Notes under the pieces: generated by a model
Told to the model about the DNA's origin: nothing
Databases searched by the model: none
What the model saw: only the letters and a program-made list of their open reading frames with translations
Position numbers and translations under genes: made by a program
Assembly (NCBI GenBank): GCA_031459625.1
Contig: JAVKIH010000002.1
Span: 188,051 to 252,050, forward strand
Source: Candidatus Geohabitans tengchongensis
GTDB taxonomy: Bacteria > Sysuimicrobiota > Sysuimicrobiia > Sysuimicrobiales > Humicultoraceae
Direction of reading: 5' to 3'
Length of the DNA stretch: 64,000 nucleotides
Part shown: positions 19,845 through 29,593 of the stretch, one piece after another
Numbering within the stretch: the stretch's first letter is position 1
How the letters are laid out: every line of letters starts with the position of its first letter

Positions 19845-20011
19845 CCCGACCGATTCCTCCCCGTCGCCCGGCCCCGGCCGGGGCGGGCACTCACGATCGA
19901 TACGTTGGGTCCCTGCCGTGAGGTGAACCCAGCCTGGCTTGTTCGCCTGCCAGGGCGACTTCCCCTCTTGACGCCCGGGCCGCGAGGTCCGGTCGCGTCG
20001 GCACTGGGGCC

Positions 20012-20665
20012 TCAGGCCTCCTCCCCCACCCCGGCCGGACGGGATCGGCGGTGCCGCCACACCTCCAGGGCCAGGGGGACCAGGGAGGCCGCGACGATGA
20101 GCAGCACCGCCACGCTGAAGTTGCGCTCCACCCAGGGGAGGGTGCCGAAGAGGTAGCCGCCGACCACGAAGAGGGCTACCCACACCACCCCGCCCGCGAC
20201 GTTGTAGAGGAGAAAACGAGGGTAGGTCATCCGGCCGATGCCGGCCACGAAGGGGGCGAAGGTGCGCACCACCGGGACGAAGCGGGCCAGGATGATCGTG
20301 GCCGCCCCGTACTTCTCGTAGAACCGGTGCGTCCGCTCCAGGTGCTCCCGCCGGAAGAGGCGGGAGCGCTCTTGGCGGAAGACCCGCGGCCCCACGTGGT
20401 AGCCGGCCCAGTAGTTCACCGTGTCGCCGAGGATGGCAGCGGCCGCCAGCCCCACCAGCAGGACGCCCAGGTCGAGGGTGCCGCGCGCGGCGAAGGTGCC
20501 GAGCGCGAAGAGCAGCGAGTCGCCCGGCAGGAAGGGCGTGGCCACGAACCCGGTCTCGGCGAAGACCACCAGGAAGACGATGGCGTAGGTCCAGGTCCCG
20601 TAGGTGAGGAGGAGCGTGTCCAGGTGGCGGTCCAGGTGGAGGAGGTAGTCCAGCAGCGTCGTCAC
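20012..20665 (-). CDS. DedA family membrane protein
   Basis: FAETG...FLPGDSLLF, GDTVNY, ARFVPVVRTFAPFVAG. Confidence 0.95.
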   Translation of the reverse strand: MTTLLDYLLHLDRHLDTLLLTYGTWTYAIVFLVVFAETGFVATPFLPGDSLLFALGTFAARGTLDLGVLLVGLAAAAILGDTVNYWAGYHVGPRVFRQERSRLFRREHLERTHRFYEKYGAATIILARFVPVVRTFAPFVAGIGRMTYPRFLLYNVAGGVVWVALFVVGGYLFGTLPWVERNFSVAVLLIVAASLVPLALEVWRHRRSRPAGVGEEA

Positions 20666-20672
20666 GGTACGG

Positions 20673-21692
20673 TCATACCCCCATCCCTGGCCGCAGCCCC
20701 CCGGCGATCCCCGGCTCCGGGGCCCCGCCGCCCCCGCGCAGCCCTGCCAGGCGGGCCTGCCGGGCCTGCCGCCGCTCCGCCGCCGCCTGCCAGCGCCGCC
20801 GCTCCGCCGCCGTCCGGGGCTCGTAGGGCGGGAGCGGTGCCGGCCGCCCGTCGGGGCCCACGTGCACGGCGGTGAGGAAGGCGGTGCAGGTGTGGCGCAG
20901 CTCCCCCGTGCGCGGGTTCTCCGCCAGCACCTTTACGCCGATCTCCATGGAGGTGCGGCCGACATAGTTGATGGCCGTGCGGTAGGTGACGATCTCCCCC
21001 ACGAAGATCGGCGCGTAGAAGTCGAGCGCGTCCAGGGAGGCGGTGACGACCGGCCCGCGGGCGTAGCGCACGGCCTGGATGGAGGCGCACTCGTCCAGCT
21101 GCTGCAGCAGCGTCCCGGCGAAGAGCATGTTCGCGCCGACGGCATCCTCGGGGAAGACCAGGCGGGAGACCTCGGCGGCGAAGCGCAGCTCCTCCGGCTC
21201 GGCGGCCACGTCCCGGGCGCGCTGGCGGCGGTCGGCCAGGCGTTGCATCCGCGCCGCCTTGCGGGCGCGGGCCCGCTCCGCCAGCTCCCGCTCCTCTGCG
21301 GTGGCCGGCTCCACCGCCGCCCCCACCGGCCGCGGCCGGCCGCCGTCGTCCACGGCCACGAGGACCAGGTGGGCCGTGGTGGCGCGGCGCCGCTCCCCGG
21401 TGCGCGGCTGCTCCGCCTCCACCTCCACGCCCACCTCCATGGACGCCCGCCCCACGTGCTCCACCTGCGCCCGCAGGACCACCAGGTCGCCCACGCGCAC
21501 CGGGGCGAGGAAGTCGAGGTCGTCCATGCTGCCGAGCACCACGTTGCCGCGGGCCAGCCGCATGGCCACCAGCGTGGCCGCCGAGGCGATCCAGGCCATC
21601 ATCCGGCCGCCGAAGAGGTTGCCGTAGAGGTTGCCGTGCTCCGGCAGGACGAGGTGGACGACCTCCTGCCGGGTCTCGGCGATGGACGGCAT
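20673..21692 (-). CDS. tandem hotdog acyl-CoA thioesterase (two YciA-like domains)
   Basis: VLPEHGNLYGNLFGG ... GRASMEV; second domain VFPEDA...GRTSMEIGV. Confidence 0.88.
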   Translation of the reverse strand: MPSIAETRQEVVHLVLPEHGNLYGNLFGGRMMAWIASAATLVAMRLARGNVVLGSMDDLDFLAPVRVGDLVVLRAQVEHVGRASMEVGVEVEAEQPRTGERRRATTAHLVLVAVDDGGRPRPVGAAVEPATAEERELAERARARKAARMQRLADRRQRARDVAAEPEELRFAAEVSRLVFPEDAVGANMLFAGTLLQQLDECASIQAVRYARGPVVTASLDALDFYAPIFVGEIVTYRTAINYVGRTSMEIGVKVLAENPRTGELRHTCTAFLTAVHVGPDGRPAPLPPYEPRTAAERRRWQAAAERRQARQARLAGLRGGGGAPEPGIAGGLRPGMGV

Positions 21693-23080
21693 CAGGCAGG
21701 CCGCCCTGGGAGCCCTGCGCTGCCCAGCAGCTCCATGAAGCGGATCACCGTCTCGATCCCCTGGTAGAAGTTGGGCAGGTGGAACTTCTCGTTGGGGGCG
21801 TGCAGGTTGTCGTCCGGCAGCCCGAAGCCCATGAGCACCGCCGGGGCCTTCAGCGCGTTCACGAAGGCGGCCACCACCGGGACGCTGCCCCCCTCGCGCA
21901 TGTAGACCGGCGGCCGGCCCACCACCTCCTCGAGCGCCCGGGCGGCCAGGCGCACCGGTGGGGCGTCCGGCGAGACCTGCACGGGGTCGCCCAGCGACAG
22001 CGCCCGCACCTCGGTGCGCACCCCCGGCGGGGTGAGCGCCTGCACCCGCCGGGTGAAGGCGCGCAGGATCGTCGCCGGGCGCTGCCGCGGCACCAGGCGC
22101 ATGCTGATCTTCGCCACCGCCCGCGCGGGGATCACCGTCTTGGCGCCGGGGCCGGTGAAGCCGCCGGCGATGCCGTGCACCTCCAGCGTGGGGCGGACCC
22201 AGCGACGCTCCAAAATGGAGTACCCGTCCTCGCCGGGGGCCGCGTCCACCCCGAGGTGCGCCAGGTAGGCCTGCTCGTCGAACCCCAGGCGCTCCCAGGC
22301 CTCCCGTTCCTCGGGGGCGGGCGGCTCCACCGCGGCGTAGTAGCGGGGGATGGTCACCCGTCCCCGCCGGTCCTTCAGCCCGGCGACGATGCGCGCCAGC
22401 GCCTCGACGGGATTGGGGGCCGCGCCACCGTACTGGCCGGAGTGGAGGTCGTGGCGCGCGCCCCGCGCTTCGACCTCCGTGTAGATCAGCCCGCGCAGCC
22501 CGGTCACGAGCGCCGGAACACCCGGGGCCCAGTACTGCCCGTCGCAGACCAGCGCCGCGTCGGCGGCCAGCTGCCGGCGGTGGCGCGGCACGTACTCCAC
22601 CACCCGCGGGCTGCCGATCTCCTCCTCGCCTTCGATGAAGACCTTCACGTTCACGGGTAGGGTCCCCGTGGCGCGCAGCAGCGACTCGATGGCGAAGAGC
22701 TGCAGCATCAGCTGCCCCTTGTCGTCCGACGCCCCCCGCGCGTAGAGATCCTCCCCGCGCACGGTGGGCTCGAAGGGCGGCGTCTCCCACAGCTCCAGCG
22801 GGTCGGGCGGCTGGACGTCGTAGTGGCCGTAGCACAGCAGTGTGGGCCTGCCCTCGGCGCCCAGCCACTCGCCGTAGACGATGGGGTGGTCGCCGCTCGG
22901 GATCACGCGCGCGCTGAAGCCCAGGTCGGCCAGGCGGTGGCACAGCCAGGCGGCGGCGCGTTCCAGGTCGGGACGGTGCTCGGGGAGCGTGCTGACGGTG
23001 GGGATGCGGATGAGGTCCTTCAGCTCCTCCAGGAACCGGGCGCGGTGCTCTCGGGCGTAGGCTCGGGCGTCCGTGACCAT
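21692..23080 (-). CDS. M20 family dipeptidase
   Basis: YGHYDVQP, RGASDDKG, EGEEEIGS, DLHSG, HAPNE. Confidence 0.93.
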   Translation of the reverse strand: MVTDARAYAREHRARFLEELKDLIRIPTVSTLPEHRPDLERAAAWLCHRLADLGFSARVIPSGDHPIVYGEWLGAEGRPTLLCYGHYDVQPPDPLELWETPPFEPTVRGEDLYARGASDDKGQLMLQLFAIESLLRATGTLPVNVKVFIEGEEEIGSPRVVEYVPRHRRQLAADAALVCDGQYWAPGVPALVTGLRGLIYTEVEARGARHDLHSGQYGGAAPNPVEALARIVAGLKDRRGRVTIPRYYAAVEPPAPEEREAWERLGFDEQAYLAHLGVDAAPGEDGYSILERRWVRPTLEVHGIAGGFTGPGAKTVIPARAVAKISMRLVPRQRPATILRAFTRRVQALTPPGVRTEVRALSLGDPVQVSPDAPPVRLAARALEEVVGRPPVYMREGGSVPVVAAFVNALKAPAVLMGFGLPDDNLHAPNEKFHLPNFYQGIETVIRFMELLGSAGLPGRPA

Positions 23081-23230
23081 CGTGACCTCCGGGTCGGACT
23101 GAGATGCGGAGCCGGCGACGGGCCGGCCGCCCCTGGAACCGTGGGCCACAGGGGAGTTCGCTGGAGGGGCGGGTTGCCCTCCCCGTCAGGGCAGGGTGAC
23201 CCGCCTCGTCAAAGCGGGTGCCTCGACCTT

Positions 23231-24127
23231 TCAGGCCCGCAGGACCGTGCGCGGGTCGAGCGCGTCGCGCAGCCCGTCCCCGAGTAGGTTGAAGGCCATC
23301 ACCGCCAGGAAGATCGCCAGCCCCGGGAAGGTGGCGATGAACCAGTAGGAGAGCAGGTAGGTCTGCCCTTCACCCAGCATTGTCCCCCACTCCGGGGTGG
23401 GCGGCCGGACGCCCAGGCCGAGGAAGCCCAACCCGGCGGCCGTCAGGATGGCGGTGCCCAGCTGGAGCGTGGACTGGACGATCACGGGCGCGACCGAGTT
23501 GGGCAGCACGTGCCGCGCCAGGACCCGCCACTCGGGAGCGCCGAGCGCCCGGGCCGCCTCGATGAACGTCTCCTCCCGCAGGGAGAGGGTGACCCCCCGC
23601 ACCAGCCGGACGTAGACGGGGACCGCCGCCACCGCCACCGAGACCACGACGTTCGTCACCCCGACCCCCAGCACGGCGATGAGGGTGAGGGCCAGGAGGA
23701 AGCCGGGGAAGGCCAGGAGCAGGTCGATGATGCGCTGGACCGCCATGTCTACCATGCCGCCGAAGTAGCCCGAGACCAGGCCGATGGGCACACCCACCGC
23801 AGCAGCCAGGAGCACGGCGAGCAGGCCGATGAGCAGCGAGAGGCGTCCGCCATAGGCGACCCGGGTGAGGATGTCGCGGCCGAGCTGGTCGGTCCCCATC
23901 GGGTGGGGCCACGACGGCGGCTGGAGTACCCGGGTGAAGTCGGCCTCGTTGGGGTCGGCGGGCAGCACCACTGGCGCCAGGACAGACGCGCCGAAGAGGC
24001 CCAGCAGGATGACGAGCCCGGCCACCGCCGTGCGCCGGCGCCGCAGCCTGACCCAGGCTCCCCGGGCCGGAGCGGGACGCACCAGCAGCAGGGGGAGGTC
24101 ACTCGTAGCGAATCCGCGGGTCGACAT
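23231..24127 (-). CDS. peptide ABC transporter permease (DppC-like), second copy
   Basis: GTDQLGRD, FIEAARALGA, HVLPN, PPTPEWG, DALDPR. Confidence 0.92.
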   Translation of the reverse strand: MSTRGFATSDLPLLLVRPAPARGAWVRLRRRRTAVAGLVILLGLFGASVLAPVVLPADPNEADFTRVLQPPSWPHPMGTDQLGRDILTRVAYGGRLSLLIGLLAVLLAAAVGVPIGLVSGYFGGMVDMAVQRIIDLLLAFPGFLLALTLIAVLGVGVTNVVVSVAVAAVPVYVRLVRGVTLSLREETFIEAARALGAPEWRVLARHVLPNSVAPVIVQSTLQLGTAILTAAGLGFLGLGVRPPTPEWGTMLGEGQTYLLSYWFIATFPGLAIFLAVMAFNLLGDGLRDALDPRTVLRA

Positions 24128-25019
24128 AGGCGTAGAGCACGTCCACGGTTAGGTTGACCAGGACGAAGGCGAGGGCGAAGAGGAGCACGATCCCCTGGAT
24201 GACCGGATAGTCCCGCGCAGTGATCGCCGAGACCAGCAGCCGGCCGATCCCCGGCCAGGCGAAGGTGGTCTCCGTGAGCACGGCACCGCCGAGGAGCGCA
24301 CCGAACTGGAGGCCGACGACCGTGATCACCGGGATGAGGGCGTTGCGCAGCGCGTGCCGCGTCACCACCTGCCGCGGCGGGAGTCCCTTGGCCCGGGCGG
24401 TGCGCACAAAGTCCATGCCCAGGGTCTCCAGCAGGCTGCCGCGCGTCATGCGGGCGATGATGGCGGTGGAGAAGGCGGCCAGGGTCAGCGACGGGAGGAT
24501 CAGGTGGGCCGGTCCGCCGTAGCCGCCTGCGGGCAGCCAGCGCAGCCGCACGGCGAACAGCAGCATGAGCATGATCCCCAGCCAGAAGACCGGGACGGAG
24601 ACGCCGACGAGTGCCGCCACCATCACCGCGTAGTCCAGCGGCGAGTTGGCGGTGGTGGCGGAGACGATCCCGGCGACCAGGCCGAAGAGCGTGGCCAGCG
24701 CCGTGCTGGTCACCGCCAGGGTCACCGTGGCCCGCAGCCGGCTGCCGATCTCCGCCGCCACCGGCGTGCGAGTGGCGGCGGAGATCCCGAGGTCGCCCCG
24801 CAGGGCCGCGCCCAGGAAGCGCAGGTACTGCTCGTGCAGGGGCCGGTGGAGGCCCAGCTCCACGCGCAGCCGCGCCACCTCCTCCTCCGTCGCCAGCAGA
24901 CCGGCGATGAGACGGGCTGGGTCGCCGGGGATGAGCCGGACCATGAGGAAGATGACGACAGTGACGCCGAGCAGCGTCGGCACCGCGTAGAGCAGGCGGC
25001 GGAGGATGTACCGACCCAG
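24099..25019 (-). CDS. peptide ABC transporter permease (DppB-like), second copy, probable CTG start
   Basis: (L)GRYILRRLLYAVP N-terminus, PGDPA, FVRTARAKG, RDYPVIQG, DPRIRYE. Confidence 0.92.
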   Translation of the reverse strand: MGRYILRRLLYAVPTLLGVTVVIFLMVRLIPGDPARLIAGLLATEEEVARLRVELGLHRPLHEQYLRFLGAALRGDLGISAATRTPVAAEIGSRLRATVTLAVTSTALATLFGLVAGIVSATTANSPLDYAVMVAALVGVSVPVFWLGIMLMLLFAVRLRWLPAGGYGGPAHLILPSLTLAAFSTAIIARMTRGSLLETLGMDFVRTARAKGLPPRQVVTRHALRNALIPVITVVGLQFGALLGGAVLTETTFAWPGIGRLLVSAITARDYPVIQGIVLLFALAFVLVNLTVDVLYAYVDPRIRYE

Positions 25020-25105
25020 GACCGGTCCCCCTCATGCCCGGACGGTGCGGGAAGGCGGGCCGCGGCGGCGCCCGCGAACCGACTGTCGCGGTGGCGTCCG
25101 GGCGG

Positions 25106-26665
25106 CTACTGCCAGGTGGCGTGGATGGCGTCCCACTTCTCGATCGGGGTGATGCTGACACCGCGCAGGTTCTTCACCGTGGCCACGTACCACTTCTGCG
25201 TCCACAGGAAGATCCAGGGCGCCTCGTTCCAGATGATCGTCTGGGCCTCTCGGTAGAGCGCCTTGCGCCGCTCCTGGTCGACGATGGTGCGCGCCTCCTC
25301 CAGGAGGGCGTCCACCCGGGCGTTCCGGTAGAAGGCCGGGGCCAGCCCGCGGTTCGGGTGCTGGGAGGAGTGGAACTGCCCGAAGAGCACCCCGTCGCAG
25401 TCCAGGACCACCCAGGCCCACCCCAGCACCAGCATCTGGAGGCGGGTCCGCTCAGGCGGCTGGGTGATCTCGGCCACGTAGCTCGGCCAGTCCATGGTGG
25501 CGACGTTGGCCCGGATCCCCACGTTGCGCAGCTGGGCCGCGATGGCCTGGGCGAACTGGAAGTCCTGGATGTAGCGGCCCGTGGGTGTGAGGAAGGTGAC
25601 CTCGAACCCGTTCCCAACGCCCGCCTCGCGCAGGAGTTGCTTCGCCTTGATCGGGTTGAAGGGCCACCCGCCCGGCTGGACCGGGTGGTGGCCGAACATC
25701 ATGCCGGGGCAGGGGGAGTCGGCCACCGTGCCCAGGTCGAAGAGCACGCTGCTCAGGATGGCCTTCTTGTTCACGGCGTAGTTCATCGCCTGCCGGACGC
25801 GGGCGTCCTTGAACGGCCCCCACTGCGTGTTCATGGCGACGAAGATGATCCGGTCGGTGGGAGCGACCACCATGGTGACGTTGGGGTGCTCGCGGAGCCG
25901 CCGCACGTCGGGGGCCGGCGGCAGCATGGCCATGTGCACGTCGCCGGCGAGCAACATGGCCTCCCGCGCCCCGGCGTCGGGGACGATGCGGAACATCACC
26001 TCTTCGAAGACCGGCCGCGGGCCCCAGTAGTTGGGGTTCCGGGTGACGAGGATGTGGGTGCCGCGCACCCACTCCTTGAACATGTAGGGGCCCGTGCCGG
26101 CACCGGTGGCGTCGCGGGTGAGGTTGGCCGCGCCGATGCGCTGGGCCGCGGTAGGCGAGATGATCGCGGTGGTGGTGTAGGTGAGGTTGGTCAGGAGCGT
26201 GGGGCTGGGCTTGCTGAGGACCAGGCGGACGGTCTGGGGGGTCGGCGTCTGGACCTCCTCGATGGCGTCGATCAGGAAGCGCGTGGGGACCCGAGTCCTG
26301 GGATCCAGCAGGCGCTCCAGGGTGAACTTGACCGCCTCGGCGGTGAGCGGCGTGCCGTCGTGGAAACGCACGCCGCTGCGCAGGGTGAAGGTGTAGGTGA
26401 GGCCGTCGCGGCTCACCTGCCAGCGCGTGGCCAGGTGGGGGACGACCCTGTTCTCCCTGTAGTCGTAGGCGACCAGGGTCTCGTAGATGTAGTCGACCAT
26501 GTTGGCCACAGTCGTCGTGGTCTGCCCCGCGGGGTCGAGCGTGTCGGCGTCGATCCCCACGGCGATCCGGAGCGTCCTCGGCGGCGCCTGCGCCTGCGCC
26601 GGAGGGGAAGCCAATGCGGCCAGGACCACGCAGAGGAGCAGGACACCGTGCAGACGTCCTCGCAT
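25106..26665 (-). CDS. peptide ABC transporter substrate-binding protein (family 5), second copy
   Basis: Signal peptide; TLDP, VRFHDGTP, GTGPY, VRQAMNYAVN; RBS GGAGGTGG. Confidence 0.92.
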   Translation of the reverse strand: MRGRLHGVLLLCVVLAALASPPAQAQAPPRTLRIAVGIDADTLDPAGQTTTTVANMVDYIYETLVAYDYRENRVVPHLATRWQVSRDGLTYTFTLRSGVRFHDGTPLTAEAVKFTLERLLDPRTRVPTRFLIDAIEEVQTPTPQTVRLVLSKPSPTLLTNLTYTTTAIISPTAAQRIGAANLTRDATGAGTGPYMFKEWVRGTHILVTRNPNYWGPRPVFEEVMFRIVPDAGAREAMLLAGDVHMAMLPPAPDVRRLREHPNVTMVVAPTDRIIFVAMNTQWGPFKDARVRQAMNYAVNKKAILSSVLFDLGTVADSPCPGMMFGHHPVQPGGWPFNPIKAKQLLREAGVGNGFEVTFLTPTGRYIQDFQFAQAIAAQLRNVGIRANVATMDWPSYVAEITQPPERTRLQMLVLGWAWVVLDCDGVLFGQFHSSQHPNRGLAPAFYRNARVDALLEEARTIVDQERRKALYREAQTIIWNEAPWIFLWTQKWYVATVKNLRGVSITPIEKWDAIHATWQ

Positions 26666-26865
26666 CGGTCCACCTCCCGCGGCCCGCTGCGGGCCGGCCC
26701 GCCCGGGCCGGGATGACTCCGCTGCGCTAATACGTGAAACCGCGAAGCGCTCCCTGCCCGCTGCCCATACCGGCCTCCCCGGCCCTGCGGCAGGCTCCCG
26801 CCGTTGGGACCGGCGGGCACGACAGGGGGACGGTGCCACCGGCCGGCCGCGCCGTGGCTGCGCCG

Positions 26866-27426
26866 TCACGGCGGGCGCAGCACGGCGGCGATCCGGATGA
26901 GGATGAGGTCCTCGGCCACGAAGATGAGGAAGCGCGGGACCGGCAGGCCGAACTCCGTGAAGCGGACGGTGGTCTCGCCCTGCGCCGCGTACCCCGCCCC
27001 CGTCAGGCGGACCGTCAGGGGGATCACCACCTCCCGGCTGACGGTGCGCACGGTGAGGCGCCCGCGCAGCGTCGCCGGGAAAGGCTCTCCACTCACCCGC
27101 TCGGCGGTCGCCGTCCCCTCAAAGCGGATGAAGGGGAACTCCCGGGTGTGCAGGAAGGTGGCGCCGCGCATCTGCGCGTCGCGCAGGGAGGCGCCTGTGC
27201 GGATGGTGCGGGCGTCGACCCGTGCCTCGACGGTGGCTGTGTAGCCGCCGTCCACCGCGCGGACGACGACGGTCCCGCTCACCTGGTCGGTCTCTCCGCT
27301 GAACCCCCCGCGGTTGTCCCGCACGTGGAAGGTGACCCGGCTCTCCCCCGGCACCACGACGAACGTCCCGGTGGGCAGGGCGAGCTGCACCACCCAGGCC
27401 AGCAGCCCCAGGAGGACCATGCGCAT
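26866..27426 (-). CDS. YceI family lipid/polyisoprenoid-binding protein
   Basis: SRVTF, IRTGASLRDAQMR, FPFIRF, GRLTVR, FTEFGL. Confidence 0.85.
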   Translation of the reverse strand: MRMVLLGLLAWVVQLALPTGTFVVVPGESRVTFHVRDNRGGFSGETDQVSGTVVVRAVDGGYTATVEARVDARTIRTGASLRDAQMRGATFLHTREFPFIRFEGTATAERVSGEPFPATLRGRLTVRTVSREVVIPLTVRLTGAGYAAQGETTVRFTEFGLPVPRFLIFVAEDLILIRIAAVLRPP

Positions 27427-27517
27427 CCGGCTCTCCCTCCTCCCGACCATCGTGCCCCGCCCGTGTCACGGGAGCGTGGCGCCGTACCAGAGGCGTTCGT
27501 GGGAGAATAGATGGGCC

Positions 27518-28429
27518 ATGCGCCTCTGGCTCACGCGCCTGGGCGACGCCCGCGCCCGGCAGGGGGCCGCCCGTCTCCTCGCCGCTGGCTGTGCCCTGGG
27601 CTTCCTGGTCACGATGGCCGTCCTGCAGGTCACGGGACGGGGAGGCGAGCGCTGGGTCTTCGTGCTGATCGTCTGGGGCGCGCTCGTCTTCCTGCCTCTC
27701 TGGCTGGTCCTCCAGGCCTTCCAGACCCTCGGCCCGGCGCTGCGGGGGTACGCCGCCGCGGCCCTGGCGACCCGGGAGGACCGCTACGCCCGCCCCGGCA
27801 GTGTCGCGATCGTGGTGGAGGAGCTCTTCGCGCGCACCGTGGTGATGCCGCGCATCGCCACCCCCGCGCAGGCGGCCCGGGCCCGAGAGGGCGCGGTGGC
27901 GCTGGTGGCCCGGGCGGCCCGGCACGACGACCTCCTCGGCGCACTGCACCGGGCCACCGCCCGCTGCGCCCTCGGGGTGGACGCGTGGGTGCGCGAGGTT
28001 GGGCGGTGGGCGGAGGTGGAGGCGGCGGACAGCATCCAGGCCCGCTGGAGCCAGACACGCGCCCTGGCTGCGCTGGCTGCCCTGACCCGGACGTTGCTGG
28101 CCGTCTACGAGGATGTCGCCGCCGACCGGCTGGGCCCAATGGGCCGGCCGCTCGCCGCCCGGGGCTTCGACGGGCGCTCCCTGGCCGCCTTCCTCGACGC
28201 GGCCCTGGACTACTGCGACGACCTCTCCCTGGAGGTGGAGGTCCCGCGCTGGGAGGAGCCTCCGCTGGCGCTGGCCCCGCCGCCGGTGAGCGCAGACCCC
28301 GAGGCGGTGCGCACGGCCTGGCAGGCCTACGCCGACGCCCCCGACCCCAGTCGCGCCGCGCTGGACGGGTTCCTGCGCACCGTCCTCCCTGAGCGGGAGC
28401 GCTCCCTCCGGGGGCTGTCGGTCAGCTGA
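27518..28429 (+). CDS. hypothetical protein with two N-terminal TM helices
   Basis: GC3-rich reading frame; two hydrophobic segments followed by a helical soluble domain; no family recognised. Confidence 0.7.
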   Translation: MRLWLTRLGDARARQGAARLLAAGCALGFLVTMAVLQVTGRGGERWVFVLIVWGALVFLPLWLVLQAFQTLGPALRGYAAAALATREDRYARPGSVAIVVEELFARTVVMPRIATPAQAARAREGAVALVARAARHDDLLGALHRATARCALGVDAWVREVGRWAEVEAADSIQARWSQTRALAALAALTRTLLAVYEDVAADRLGPMGRPLAARGFDGRSLAAFLDAALDYCDDLSLEVEVPRWEEPPLALAPPPVSADPEAVRTAWQAYADAPDPSRAALDGFLRTVLPERERSLRGLSVS

Positions 28430-28627
28430 GTTAGGGCCTCGGCCGGCGGGCGTGCCCGGCGGAGCGACCAGCTCGGTCCGGGCCGAGTTCCGTTCGGCTC
28501 CTCCGCGCTGCCATCCGTGCCATCCCGGCGCACCGTCGACCACCTCTGCGCCAGGCCCGCCACTTGGGCCTCGTACCCGTTTGCCTGGCGCGCACCGCAG
28601 TGGCCCACGAGAGCGCAGGGCGATGGT

Positions 28628-29593
28628 ATGCTGGAGGCCGTGGCGCTCTACCTCCGCGAGGCCGACGTCGCCTCGCTCGTCACCCTGGACGACGTCATCG
28701 ACACCGTGGAACGCGCCTTCGCCGAGGCGGCCGCCGGGCGGGCCGTCAACCGTCCGCGCCAGCGCGTCCAGGTCGAAGGCGGGGTGCTGCACGTCATGGC
28801 GGCGGGCCTGCCGGACTGGGGGGTGCTGGGCCTGAAGTCCTATGCCACCACCCGCGGGGGGCGCCGCTTCATCGGCCTGCTCTACGACCTCTACGACGGC
28901 CGGCTGCTAGCGATGATGGAGGCCGACACCCTGGGCCAGCTGCGCACCGGTGCCGCCAGCGCCGTCGCCACCAAGTACCTGGCCCGCCCCGGGGCGGGCA
29001 CCCTCGGCCTCATCGGCACCGGGTGGCAGGCCCGCTCCCAGGCGGCGGCGATCGCCCGCGTGCGCCCCATCGCCCTGGTCAAGGCGTACAGCCGCACGCC
29101 GGAGCGGCGCGAGGCCTTCGCCGAGGAGATGACCGCCGAGCTGGGGGCCCAGGTGGTGGCCGTCGACTCCCCGGAGGAGGCTGTGCGCGACGCGGACATC
29201 GTCACCACCATCACCTCGGCCCGCGACCCGGTGGTGCAGGGGGCGTGGCTGCGCCCGGGCGTGCACGTGAACGCCGCCGGCGCCAACGCCCTGCCGCGCC
29301 GCGAGATCGACACCGGCGTGGTGACGCGCGCCGCCCGCATCGTCGTGGATTCCCTTGAGCAGGCCCGGCTGGAGGCGGCCGAGCTGACGGTACCGGTCGA
29401 AGACGGGCTGCTCACCTGGGAGCGGGTGGCCGAGCTGGCCGAGGTGGTGGGGGGGCAGGTCCCGGGGCGCCGGGACCCCGAGGAGATCACGCTCTTCAAG
29501 TCGCTGGGCATCGCGCTCGAGGACGTGGCCACCATGCACCTGGTCTACCGGCGCGCCCGCGAGCGCGGCGTGGGGGAGGAGATCGGCCGGTGA
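28628..29593 (+). CDS. ornithine cyclodeaminase / mu-crystallin family protein
   Basis: LRTGAASAVATKYLAR, IGTGWQA, GVHVNAAG, ITLFKSLGIALEDVA. Confidence 0.92.
   Translation: MLEAVALYLREADVASLVTLDDVIDTVERAFAEAAAGRAVNRPRQRVQVEGGVLHVMAAGLPDWGVLGLKSYATTRGGRRFIGLLYDLYDGRLLAMMEADTLGQLRTGAASAVATKYLARPGAGTLGLIGTGWQARSQAAAIARVRPIALVKAYSRTPERREAFAEEMTAELGAQVVAVDSPEEAVRDADIVTTITSARDPVVQGAWLRPGVHVNAAGANALPRREIDTGVVTRAARIVVDSLEQARLEAAELTVPVEDGLLTWERVAELAEVVGGQVPGRRDPEEITLFKSLGIALEDVATMHLVYRRARERGVGEEIGR

Noticed and set aside
19850..20010. Possible riboswitch in the leader of the first peptide SBP
   Set aside because: No known aptamer consensus recognised.
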